From the NCBI GenBank assembly GCA_963726745.1, contig CAVSDR010000005.1:108056-172055 (forward strand): a stretch of 64,000 nt of DNA, read 5' to 3'. The position numbers and the translations under genes are program-made. Positions 17,912 through 28,600 of the stretch are shown here, piece by piece; position 1 is the stretch's first letter, and each line of letters begins with the position of its first letter. This DNA comes from an uncultured Verrucomicrobiae bacterium. Lineage in GTDB: Bacteria > Verrucomicrobiota > Verrucomicrobiia > Chthoniobacterales > UBA10450. Under the pieces are notes generated by a model. The model was not told the DNA's origin. It worked only from the letters and a program-made list of their open reading frames with translations, and made no database searches.

Positions 17912-20900
17912 ATGACATTTACCACTCCTTCCTTCCTTTGCTCCACCCGGGTGGCCACCGCGATTCTGTGCGCTGGCTGGCTCGGCTACGCCGCCCCCGC
18001 TGGGGCCAAACCGGTGCCGGAAAATCTCGGCTACGGCATGGATAAACTGGTCGAAAGCGACCTCGCGCTTAAAGCGGGCAGGAACCAGCGCGGCCTGCGC
18101 TTGTTCAACGGCTACGCCACCCAGGAAGCGGCTAACTACGCCGCGCGCGCCATCGCCTCAGAGGATGGCCGCTTCATGATCGACATCACACTCACCGGAA
18201 AAGTACCGGTCGAGAAATTGCAGGAGATGTTGCGCGCTAAATTCCCGTCGTTCGAAGTGACCGCGGTCGATCCGAGCTATCGCAAGGTTGGCATCATCGA
18301 AGGCTGGATCGCTGTCGAGGAAGCGGCCGCGCTGGCCGAGACCGCTGGTATCCGCGCCGTTTTCCTGGCTCTGCAACCGCAGTTGCACCGTGCCGCTGCG
18401 ACCGGCGAGGCGATCCCTGCGCGTGGCGCGGTCAACGCCCCGCCATCGACCAACCTGGCTTTGCTCGGGACGAAATTTCTCCAGGGCGTGACCCAACATC
18501 GCGTCGACAAAATCAGTCAGATCTACAACCCCTCCGCGCCGGTGAACTACGACGGCACCGGGATCACCGTGGGCGTCATGTCGGATAGCTTCAACCGCCG
18601 GGCGGCCAACACCGCGACCAGCCCGAACTACCAGACCAACGTCAACAACTACGACCTGCCGGGCCACCCGAGTAACCCGATCAACACCAACCCGATCATC
18701 GTCCTTGAGGACACCGTCGAGGCCAACTCCGACGAAGGCCGCGGGATGTGCGAGATCGTTTACAAGATGGCGCCAAAATCGAAGATCGGTTTTGCCACCG
18801 CTTTCACCGGCGAAGTCGGCTTTGCCAACAACATCCGCGCGCTCTCCGGCAAGTTCCCCTCGGTGCCGAACACGCTGCCTGATTTCAAGGCCGACGTGAT
18901 CGTGGACGACGTGAGCTACGGCGGCGAGCCCGTCTTTGCCGATGGCGGCGTGGTCATGAACGGCGTCGACGACGTCGCGGCCGTGGGCGTTTCCTACTTC
19001 TCTTCGGCGGCGAATTCCTACGGCGTCTCGGTTTACAATTCCGACCTGCGGATGGTCGCGAATGGCAGCGGCAACACGGCCGCGACCAATGCCGCGCTCG
19101 TCGGGACCAACATCGACCTCTCCGGCGTGCCGACGAATCTCTACCAAGGTGGCTTCCACAATTTCAACCCGACCGGCGGACTCGACGTGGCCTGCCTTTG
19201 GAACATCGGCACCGCTGCCGGCATCGCGACCGAAATGCAGTGGGACGACCCCTACGACACCTCCACGCCGGTGGTCAATGAACCCCCGATCTACACCAAC
19301 AGCGGCACGATCTCCGGCGCCACGCCGGTGACCTTTACCGACATTCCGAATCTCAGCGCCGGCACGAAATACATCATCACCGAGACAGCCACCGGCGGCG
19401 GATTGGATGGCATCGTCTCGATCATCGACGACGCCACCGGGACGGTGATTGTCGACCAGGACACCGGCACCGACGAGGTGGTGACCTTCTTCCCCCCGAC
19501 GACGGCCAAATACAACATCTCCGTGCGTCGTTACGGAACGACCACCGGGACGTTTGACCTCAAGATCAACACCGCCAGCGGTTCGCCCTCGCTCTCGACC
19601 GATCTGAACCTGCTCGTCTTCCGTGCCGACACTGGCGCCTACATTGGGTCCAGCTCGCTCACGAGCAACAACTACGCGAACAACCGCCCGGTCGAGCTCG
19701 GCACGGTCGTTCGCCCCACCGGCCAGACTCAGGTGCAGTTTGTGATCGCTCGCTCGAGCAACCCGATCGGCCCGCGGGCCGCGACCCGGGTGCGTTGCGG
19801 GACCGATGCGAACAGCAACTCGAGCAATGCCCCGGCGGAATATTTTGACTACAACTCGGCGGTGACCAAGGGCCACTCGATCGCGGCCGGCTGCAACGGC
19901 GTCGCGGCTTACGATGTCTTCCGGCCGAATGTTCCGCAGAGCTTCACCTCGGGCGGGCCGGCGTTGATCTTCTTCGATCGGAATCAGAACCTGCTGTCCG
20001 CTCCCGAAGTGCGTCTTCAGCCGCGAATGGCGGCGGCCAACGGCTCGAACAGCACTTGGACCGGCAGCGACTCCGCGAATGACATCGACACCGGGAACGG
20101 CCAGTTCTACGGCACCAGCGCGGCAGCGCCGCACGCGGCCGCAGTCGCCGCGCTCGTCCTCCAGGCCAAGGGCGGCCCGGGTTCGGTCACGCCGTTGCAG
20201 ATGCGCACGATGTTGCAAAACACCGCCTTCCCGCATGATCTCGATCCCTACCGCGCGAGCGGTGTGGCCCGCGCGACGAATGGCGGCAAAGTCACCGTGA
20301 CCGTCCGGAGCGACACCACCGCGGTGCAGAATCGCGGCCGCAACGATCCCGATTCCTTCTCCATCAGCTACGTGGGGCCGAGTGCGATCACGTCGTTTAA
20401 ATTCAATCCGAGCGGCCTTGCGTCCGAAGGCGGCGGCGTGACCAGCGGGCAGAACGGCGTCGACGCGAGCAATAACTATTTCTCGACCGTGACCCCGGGG
20501 CTGTATTTCACCACCGCCACGGCCGGGGGAGCGTTTGCTTTCACGCCGGGCGCCAGCACCGGTCTTCTCGCGTCGGATGCCACGGCGGCCCTGAGCAATC
20601 CAGCGCCGGCACCGGCCACGGTCACGGCCAGCCAGGGATTCACCCTCACGCTGTACTTTCGTCGCGGATAGCTTCACCGGCGGCGATGTCTTTCGCTTCA
20701 CCATCGGCCGCGCCCTGGCGCGCGGACCGAACGTAGCCGCCACCGGCGGCGCGGTCCTGGCGCATTACAGCGCGGACCTCTTCGGCGGCGGCGTGCTCAT
20801 CCCAGAGGGGACGATCATCTCTGATGGCATGCGCTTTAGCGGCACGCTGGCGGATGGCTCCACCTTCGACGGTGTGATCCGCAATCGCATCGGGGCCGGC

Positions 20901-20966
20901 TTCTCGCAGCTCGATGGCTTCGGCTTTGTGAATGCGGAAGCCGCGGTCTACGCGCCTGTGCCCTAA
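17912..20966 (+). pseudogene. subtilase-like serine peptidase, paralog b, with 1-nt frameshift near the C-terminus
   Basis: ORF 17912..20671 is colinear with paralog a (KPVPENLGYGMDKLVES, DEGRGMCEIVYKMAP, YGTSAAAPHAAAVAALVLQ) but ends ..GFTLTLYFRRG*. The next frame continues ADSFTGGDVFRFTIGR...DLFGGGVLIPEGTIISDGMRFSG...VYAPVP* to 20966, matching the paralog a C-terminus. Confidence 0.8.
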
Positions 20967-20992
20967 AGAATCGGTCCAGGCAGAAATCGGAA

Positions 20993-21031
20993 CGGCAGGC
21001 CCGGGTTTCCCGGCCTGCCGTTTTCTTTTTT
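20993..21031 (+). terminator. rho-independent terminator
   Basis: CGGCAGGCCCGGG-ttt-CCCGGCCTGCCG (one bulge) followed by TTTTCTTTTTT, ~27 nt after the TAA at 20964-20966. Confidence 0.75.
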
Positions 21032-21311
21032 CCCGGTCGCGAGCGCGGGGACAGGAAAAAATTAGCCGACATTCTCACCCTGAGCGGAACCCGGTGTGTG
21101 TGGTCTGGGCGCCCAGGGTTTTCGAATCGATTGAAGAGGCCTTTACGATGGTAAATAACTTTTTCTCGAAAAAAGTGCTTGCCGGGTTGGAGCAGAATTC
21201 CTTACAACCCCGGTTCGCCTCGGTGACAAAAAAGTAATACGGAACGTCTTCGTTCCTGCGCTTCTAAAGGCGGCAAACCACCAGTCCCTAAAAACCCCAT
21301 CATCGACATCC

Positions 21312-24300
21312 ATGATTAAAACAAAAACCCTTCTGCCCTTGGCTGCCCTCGCAACAGCCGCCCTGGGTTCATTGTCCTTCGCCCTGGCGCAGGCACCTTC
21401 CGCTGCCCAGCCTGCCGCCGCCGCTCCCGTGGCAAGCACGGAGGCCTCCTCCGAAGGGGAGAACTTGCGGGCTTATTTCGTCGAGATGACGGCGCCCGCC
21501 GCCGCCGCCACTTTCTCTTCAAACTACCAACGCTATGCCGCGGAATCGCGTCTCCTGCGCGGCAACGCCGCCGCCCGTGCGCAAGCCGCGACCGAGCGGG
21601 CTGCCTCCGAGGCGACCCAGCAGGCTTGGACGAACGAAAACGCGCAGCGGGCCTTGCTGAATAATCTTAGCGCTCCGGGTCTCGGTGTGAAGGTCCTCTA
21701 TCGCGCGCAGACCGCTCTCAATGGCATCGCGGTGATGGCTCGCCCTGATCAGGTCGCGGCCCTCGAGAAACTTCCCGGCGTGCAGCGGGTCATCGAAGTG
21801 GTCCCGATGAAAATGGATGCGGTCAGCAGCCTCAACTTTGTGGGCACGCGCAACTTCTGGAACACTTCAGGAATCAACGCCCACGGCGAAGGCGTCGGCG
21901 TAGGGGTGATCGATACCGGCATCGACTTCGTCCACACCGGCAACGCCGGCCCCGGCGGCAGCGGCTATGCGACCGGCGTCACCTCGGTTGGCGGCGGCAC
22001 CCCCGCGACGACTTTCCCGACTTCGAAAGTGGTCTGGGGTTACGACCTCGTGGGCGATGCCTACTCCGGCACAAACTCTCCCGTGCCCGACCCGAACCCG
22101 ATGGACACGAACGGTCACGGCACCGCTTGCGCGAGCTTGATCGCCGGTTTCGGCGTGAACAGCGACGGCACCACCTACACCGGTTCCTACACTTCGGTCG
22201 TTCCCGATATTTCGACCCTTCGGATTTCGCCCGGCTTCGCCCCGCAGGCTTCCCTCTTCGCCTTCCGCGTCTTCGGCACCAGCGGCTCGACCAACGTCAG
22301 CTCGCAGGCGATCGACATCGCGACCGCGCTCCGTCTCTGGCAGCTCTCGCCTGATGGCACGGCGCTCCCGCCAGCCATCAGCAACCTGAGCCCCGCGGCG
22401 GTGGCACCTCCGCGCACCCCTGTGCTTTCGGTGATCAACATGTCCCTCGGCTCCGGCAACGGCCAGGCCTCGGCTTACAACGACGGCACCGTGGCGGTGC
22501 AGAATGCCGCCGCCGCCGGTCTCTCGATGATCATCTCGGCGGGTAATTCCTATGACAACATCTACGTGGTCGGCAGCCCGAGTGTCGCCACCGGCTCCAT
22601 TTCCGTAGCCGCGACCTTTAACGACAAGCAGCCTGGCGCCACGGCCAACGCGCCGGCCAATGGCAGCCAGCCGCCGCTGAACGTCGCCATGCAGATCGGC
22701 GCCGCCGCCGCCGCCATCACCAGCGCCCCGAACGACCTGCCCCCGACCGCGGCGCGCTACGCCAATCCTCCTCTGGGCGACTTCCAGCACACTGCCGGCA
22801 CCAGCCTCGCGGCCACGCTGACCGCTGCGCTCAAAAATGACGCAGGTGAACCTGTGACCGACGCGAGCGGCAATCCGATTGCCGGCGTTTCGAATCCTTA
22901 TCCGGGCAAGGTCGTCCTGATCGATCGTGGCGTGGTCGGTTTCCATCAGAAAGCTCTCGCCGCTGCCCGTGCGGGCGCTGCCGCGGTGGTCATCGTGAAC
23001 AACCGTCCCGGTTCTGCCCCCGGCATGGCCGCAGCCGCCGGTTTCCCCGTGCTCTCGATTCCAGTCGTGAGCGTAACCGACGTGGATGGCGCTCTGATGA
23101 GCAATACCGGCGTGGCTAACGTCCCGCCCGCGCGTCCAGGCTTGACTATCGGCCTGCAGCCGGAAAACCCGGCCAATGCCGATGAAGTTACCGGCTATTC
23201 CTCCCGCGGTCCGCGGCGGCTGGACAACCGGCTGAAGCCCGACATGGCGGCGCCGGCCGAAAACGTGACCGTGAATGTCGCCACCACCGGTAACGGCGTG
23301 GGCAGCTTCAACGGCACCTCCTCCGCCGCTCCCCACGTCTCCGGCGCGATGACGTTGCTCCGGCAGTTGACCAATTCCGGCGGCACCACGCCGGCTTGGA
23401 CGATGGAAGAGCTCAAGGCGTTGATTATGAACTCGGCCACGGGCAATCCGCTCCTCGGTGGCGCCAATGGCACCATCCGCTACGGCCTCTCCCGCGTGGG
23501 CGTGGGTCGGTTGAACCTGGCCCCGGCCGGCGGCATGCCGACCGCAGTGGCGATGAGCACCGATGCCGACTTCCCGGTGAGCATTTCTTTCGGCTCCGTG
23601 GAAGTGCCGGTCGCGGAGACGGTCACGATCGACAAGACCTTCAAGGTGGTCGACAAGGGCCCGGTCCCGCTGTCGCAGAAAGGGGTCGCCTCCATGCGCA
23701 CCTTTAACCTCTCATTCGACACCGTGAACGCGGTCCCCGGAGTCTCGTTCTCCTTCCCGGACGGCCCGACCATCGACGTCCCGGCTGGTGGCTCCGCCAC
23801 CGCCCGCGTCCGCATTACCGCGGTCGGCAGCCTGCTGCGCCATGTGCGTGAAGCCGCGACTACGGCCACGCAGGTGTTTGCCCTCGGCCCTCCGGCCACG
23901 CTTCTGCCGCGCACCTTCCTCACGGAAGCAGGCGGCAACATCATCCTCACGGAATCGGGTGGAGCGGGGAATCAAATGCGCCTCTCGGTGCATGCCTTGC
24001 CGCGGCCGAACTCGAGCTTGAGCGTCACGCCGGCCTCGTTGGTGCTGCCGGCGACTTCCGCCTCGCAAGTCCTGACCTTTGCGGGCAACGGAATCGATAC
24101 CGGCAACAACCTCGACACCGTGGCCAACTCGACCGCAGACATCAAATCGCACGCCAAGGCGTTCGAGTTGCAATACGACAAGCCATCGGTGCAAAGCGAT
24201 CCGCTCTTCAAGACGGCCGAGATCACGAAGGTGGGTGTGACCAGCGACTTTGCGCGCCGCACCCTTCCGTTCGATACCGCGACCACAAACAACCAGAGTG

Positions 24301-25421
24301 CGGTGGTGGTCTTCGCGGTCGCGACCGCGGCGGACTACAACACCCCGAGCAGCTCGGGGCCGGACATTCAGATCTTGGTCGACCGGAATGGGGACTTCGT
24401 GGAAGACATCACCGTGCGCAGCTTTGCCTGGAACGATCCCAGCCAGGGCACGGGCACGTTTGGCTCGAACATGTTCCTCAGCGTCACCAACCCCTTCGGG
24501 TCGGGCACGCTCACGACGACCGGATTCTTTACCAACATCCTCGTCGGCCGCGCGATGAACACGTTGAACAACAACACCATGATGTTGCCGGTTAATGCCC
24601 AGCGCCTCGGCCTCACGGCCGCGGCGTCGCGCATCAATTATAAGGTGAAAAGTTCGTTCTACTTTGGCACCTACAACTCGGAAACCCCGTGGATGACCTA
24701 CGACCTGGCGAAGCCGGGCGTGGACGCCTCCGTGGCGGTGGCAAACGAGCCCTTCGTCTTGAATGCCATCGGCGGCAGCAGCACTTCGGCCACGATCAAC
24801 ACCCCGCAATACAACGGGAACCGGTCGCTCGGCGTGATGATGCTCTATCCGTGGAATGCGCCGGCTAATCGCGTGCAAACCGTCCGCGCTCCGGCGCAGT
24901 TGCTCGAGGTGGTCTCGCGCCGTCCGGGTGCAGGCACGCCGGAACGCGTCTTTTCACTCGCGAACCCTGTGGGCGTGGAGAGCCGTCGAGGGGCGAACTT
25001 CAACACCAGCGTGAACCCGAACACCGGCGACTACACGGTAGCTTTCCGGTTCAACAGCCCGGTTACGCAGGGCACATGCACCATCCAATCGGGTGTGGCC
25101 ACCGTGGGAGCGATCACGTTTAACGGGAACGACATGATCGTGCCGCTTACCGGGGTGAACGACAAGCAACTCATCACCTTCAGCCTCACTGGCCTGGTCG
25201 ACAACCAGGGCAATCCGCTGCCTAACTTGCAGCCGCAACTTGGGTTCCTTGTGGGCGACATCAATGGCGACGGCACGGTCGACGTCGGCGATTCCATTCT
25301 CGTCCGGAATGACGCCGGGAAAACCGCCGCGCAAGCGCCGGCTAGCGACGTAAACGGTGACGGCACCGTGAACTCTGGCGACGCCATCATCGTGCGCGGT
25401 GCCTCGGGGAACGCGTTCTAA
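21312..25421 (+). CDS. S8 subtilisin-family peptidase with PA domain and C-terminal dockerin-like repeats
   Basis: 1369 aa with a signal peptide. Asp motif VGVIDTGIDFVH, His motif NGHGTACASLIAG, Ser motif NGTSSAAPHVSGAMTLL. The PA-like insert is GKVVLIDRGVVGFHQKALAARAGAAAVVIVNN. The C-terminus has GDINGDGTVDVGDSILV and SDVNGDGTVNSGDAIIV (DxNxDG dockerin/EF-hand-like pair). Confidence 0.85.
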   Translation: MIKTKTLLPLAALATAALGSLSFALAQAPSAAQPAAAAPVASTEASSEGENLRAYFVEMTAPAAAATFSSNYQRYAAESRLLRGNAAARAQAATERAASEATQQAWTNENAQRALLNNLSAPGLGVKVLYRAQTALNGIAVMARPDQVAALEKLPGVQRVIEVVPMKMDAVSSLNFVGTRNFWNTSGINAHGEGVGVGVIDTGIDFVHTGNAGPGGSGYATGVTSVGGGTPATTFPTSKVVWGYDLVGDAYSGTNSPVPDPNPMDTNGHGTACASLIAGFGVNSDGTTYTGSYTSVVPDISTLRISPGFAPQASLFAFRVFGTSGSTNVSSQAIDIATALRLWQLSPDGTALPPAISNLSPAAVAPPRTPVLSVINMSLGSGNGQASAYNDGTVAVQNAAAAGLSMIISAGNSYDNIYVVGSPSVATGSISVAATFNDKQPGATANAPANGSQPPLNVAMQIGAAAAAITSAPNDLPPTAARYANPPLGDFQHTAGTSLAATLTAALKNDAGEPVTDASGNPIAGVSNPYPGKVVLIDRGVVGFHQKALAAARAGAAAVVIVNNRPGSAPGMAAAAGFPVLSIPVVSVTDVDGALMSNTGVANVPPARPGLTIGLQPENPANADEVTGYSSRGPRRLDNRLKPDMAAPAENVTVNVATTGNGVGSFNGTSSAAPHVSGAMTLLRQLTNSGGTTPAWTMEELKALIMNSATGNPLLGGANGTIRYGLSRVGVGRLNLAPAGGMPTAVAMSTDADFPVSISFGSVEVPVAETVTIDKTFKVVDKGPVPLSQKGVASMRTFNLSFDTVNAVPGVSFSFPDGPTIDVPAGGSATARVRITAVGSLLRHVREAATTATQVFALGPPATLLPRTFLTEAGGNIILTESGGAGNQMRLSVHALPRPNSSLSVTPASLVLPATSASQVLTFAGNGIDTGNNLDTVANSTADIKSHAKAFELQYDKPSVQSDPLFKTAEITKVGVTSDFARRTLPFDTATTNNQSAVVVFAVATAADYNTPSSSGPDIQILVDRNGDFVEDITVRSFAWNDPSQGTGTFGSNMFLSVTNPFGSGTLTTTGFFTNILVGRAMNTLNNNTMMLPVNAQRLGLTAAASRINYKVKSSFYFGTYNSETPWMTYDLAKPGVDASVAVANEPFVLNAIGGSSTSATINTPQYNGNRSLGVMMLYPWNAPANRVQTVRAPAQLLEVVSRRPGAGTPERVFSLANPVGVESRRGANFNTSVNPNTGDYTVAFRFNSPVTQGTCTIQSGVATVGAITFNGNDMIVPLTGVNDKQLITFSLTGLVDNQGNPLPNLQPQLGFLVGDINGDGTVDVGDSILVRNDAGKTAAQAPASDVNGDGTVNSGDAIIVRGASGNAF

Positions 25422-25448
25422 GCGGCGCCCAAAACGCAGTCTAACGAG

Positions 25449-25484
25449 CGGCTCCAGCAGCGTTGCTGGAGCCGTTTTCGTTTC
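25449..25484 (+). terminator. rho-independent terminator
   Basis: CGGCTCCAGCA-gcgt-TGCTGGAGCCG followed by TTTTCGTTTC. It lies immediately 3' of a CTAACGAG copy (25441). Confidence 0.8.
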
Positions 25485-25504
25485 TGAGGGGGGGGCGCTG
25501 GGGG

Positions 25505-25533
25505 TGCAAAGACGTCGATGACGAAAATATAAT
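25505..25533 (+). promoter_or_regulatory. candidate sigma-70-type promoter for the BNR gene
   Basis: TGCAAA (25505-25510), a 17 nt spacer, then TATAAT (25528-25533), ~100 nt upstream of ATG 25632. Promoter rules for this phylum are uncertain. Confidence 0.3.
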
Positions 25534-25631
25534 GACGGTTTCGCTGGGTCTTTATCGGGAAGACCAGTAACTAGTGCTCCGGCTGGCGCGTCACGCCACC
25601 ATAAAAGCCCAACCTAGCAATACCTACGTCT

Positions 25632-28600
25632 ATGATTCCACGCTTCCGTCCTCTTCTCTCGCTGCGCCTCGTTGCGGCGGGGATTGTTTTCACTCTATCC
25701 GCAGGACTGGCTTCGGCCGTTCCGTGGGCACCAGGCGAACGCGAAGGGGATGAATTCCACGAAACCCCGGCGGAGAAGTTTGTCGAAAACCTCCCGGCAA
25801 GTGACGCGCTCCTCCCCGCGCCGCAGCCCAAGAGCGTGCCGGCTATTTCTCGAGCGGTTCGCAAGACCAACCTCGTTAATTTGGACTGGACGGCGATCGG
25901 GCCGTTCCCGATTCCGAATGGCCAGACGATTGGACGCCAGGATCCGGTAAGCGGACGTGCGACTGCCATCGCGATCCATCCCACGAATGAAAACATCATG
26001 TATTTGGGCACGGCCCAAGGCGGTCTTTATCGGACGCTCGACGGCGGCGCGACCTGGACGCAATTGATGGACGCCGCCACCGCCGGCCCTGTGGGCACGC
26101 CTCTGGCCATCGGCGCGGTCACGATCGATCCCACCGACCCGACCACGGTTATCGTCGGCACCGGCGAAGGAAACCTTTCCGCCGACAGTTATTTTGGCAG
26201 CGGCCTTTACACCGTCACCGGAGCGGATGGCTCCAACCCCGTGGTGAACGGCCCCTTCAACGCGTCCGCCGGTGAAACGGGCGTGGCCGCTGGCACCGAT
26301 CTCTTTACGGGCCGCTCGATCGTGGCCATCGCGGTGGATCCGACGAACCACAACAACGTCTTCATCTCCACTTCTTCGGGTGTCGGCGGTATCCGGGGCA
26401 CGGCCTATAGCGTCCTGCCTCGCCGCGGTCTCTATCGCTCCACGAATCTCTTTTCTGCCTCACCTACCTGGACTCGTTTACAAATCACGGGCACGACGAG
26501 CACCAACACCATCTCCACCTCGCTGGTGATGGATCCGGCGAACGCGAATAACCTCGTGGTGGCCTATTACAGCCAGGCCGGGACCGACCCGACGGGTATT
26601 TACCGCACGACGAACGCGCTCGACCCTGTGCCCACCTTCACGCAGTCGCTCGCGCTGCCGAACTTCATCAACTGCAAGCTCGCCATCCAGCGCGCGACAG
26701 ACGGCACCGTGACGGTCTACGCCACGGCCGACCAAAGCTCGGGCACGCTCTACAAGTCGGTCAATGGCGGCGCGACCTTTGTGAACAAGCCGGGCGCCAA
26801 TGGTTTCGCCGGCGGTCAGGGCTTCTACGATCTCTCCGTGGGCGTGGACCCAAACAACGCCAACAACGTGAGCGTGGGCGGCCAGGCGGGCCAAAACACC
26901 TTCAAGCGTTCCCAAGACGGAGCGAACACTTTCACTGTAGACACAGCTGGCACCTCCATCACTGTCGGGTTGCACGCGGACGTTCACGCGATCCGCTACG
27001 CTCCTTCGAACGGAAACGTGATCTATCACGCGAATGACGGTGGTGTTTGGCGCTCCGGGGACGGCGGCAGCAACTGGGTTTCGAAGAACACCGCTGGCCT
27101 CAGCGCGACGCAGTTTTCCGATCTCGCGATTCACCCGACGGACGCGAAATTTTCCATCGGCGGCACGCAAGACAACGGCACCGAGCAGCTCCGCGCAGAC
27201 GGCACTTTCACCCGCGTCGACTTTGGCGACGGCGGCTTCTCCCTGATCGACCAGAACGCCACCGACACGACCAACGTGGTGCAGTATCACACCTACTATA
27301 ACCAGACGGCGAATCTGATCGGCACTGGTCGCATTCTCACCAACGCTTGCGCTTCTGAAGGCCAATGGAGCTTCCATGGCATTTACGGCGGCGCGGTTGA
27401 CCCCACGCCGTATTGCGACGGCAGCACCGATACTTTTAACGGTATCGCCCTCACGGACGCGACCAACTTTTACGCGCCGCAGGTCCTCGGGCCGGGCAAT
27501 CCGAACACCTGGTATTTCGGCACCGATAAGCTCTACCGCTCGATCAATCGTGCGGATACGGCCACGGTCGCGAGCCAATTGCTCGACCAGACCACAGCAG
27601 GCACACCGCCGACGGGCACCCCGGTGAGCGCGATCGCGATCTCGCCGCAAGACGATAACGTTCGCCTGGTCGGCTTGAACAACGGCAAGATTTTCGCGAC
27701 CACCATCGGCAGCCCGACGATGCTGCAGATCGCCGGCACCGGTGCGACCAATGGACCCACGAACACGCCAGCGGTGGCGGTGGGGCGCATCGCGATCGAT
27801 CCGAACAACAAGAATGTCGCCTATTTCGCCTTCGGCGGCTACGGCACCCCGGCCGCTCCGCTCTCGCATGTCTACAAAGTGACTAACCTCGACGCGTTGA
27901 GCGCCACCCCTCCCGGCGTGCTCGTCTTCACGGCCGTCTCTTCAGGCCTCCCGGATGTCCCGGCAAACGCCCTCGCGATTGATCCCCAGAGCGGGTCGAA
28001 TAGCGCCAGTTCGAGCGACATTTATGTCGGCACCGACCTCGGCGTTTACAAAACCACCAACGGTGGCACCGGTTGGACCCGCTACGGCACCAGCATGCCG
28101 CGCGTGGCAGTCTTCGGATTGCAGATCCAGAATCCGAATCGCCTCATCCGCGCAGCGACCCATGGTCGCGGCATGTATGACGCCTCCATCATCGCGTCGT
28201 CCCTGCAGGCGCCCGTGCTCTCCAGCGTGGTTTCGCGAAAGACCCACGGCTCTGCCGGCACCTTCGACATCAACATGCCGCTTACCGGTCCTGCCGGCAT
28301 CGAGCCGCGCAAGGGCGCGCAGGGCTTGAACACGCCGGGAGACTTCACCATCGTCTGCCGCTTCACCAATGCCATCTCCAGCCTGCAAGCTCAGGTGACC
28401 ACGGGCACCGGCACGGTGAACAGCATCGTCTACCAAGGGAACGATGTGATCGTAAACCTGACCGGCGTCACCGACGTCCAGGTCCTCACCTTAACCCTGA
28501 GCAATGTCACCGATTCCAACGGCAACACCTTGCTCTCTGCCTCGGTCAAGCTTGGGTTCAATATGGGAGATACCACCGGCAATGGAGTCGTCGACGTCGG

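Noticed and set aside
14132-20743. 677-aa and 861-aa minus-strand ORFs antisense to the two subtilase paralogs
   Set aside because: Arg/Gly/Asp/Val-rich with no recognisable domains. The + strand frames carry peptidase motifs and are paralogous to each other.
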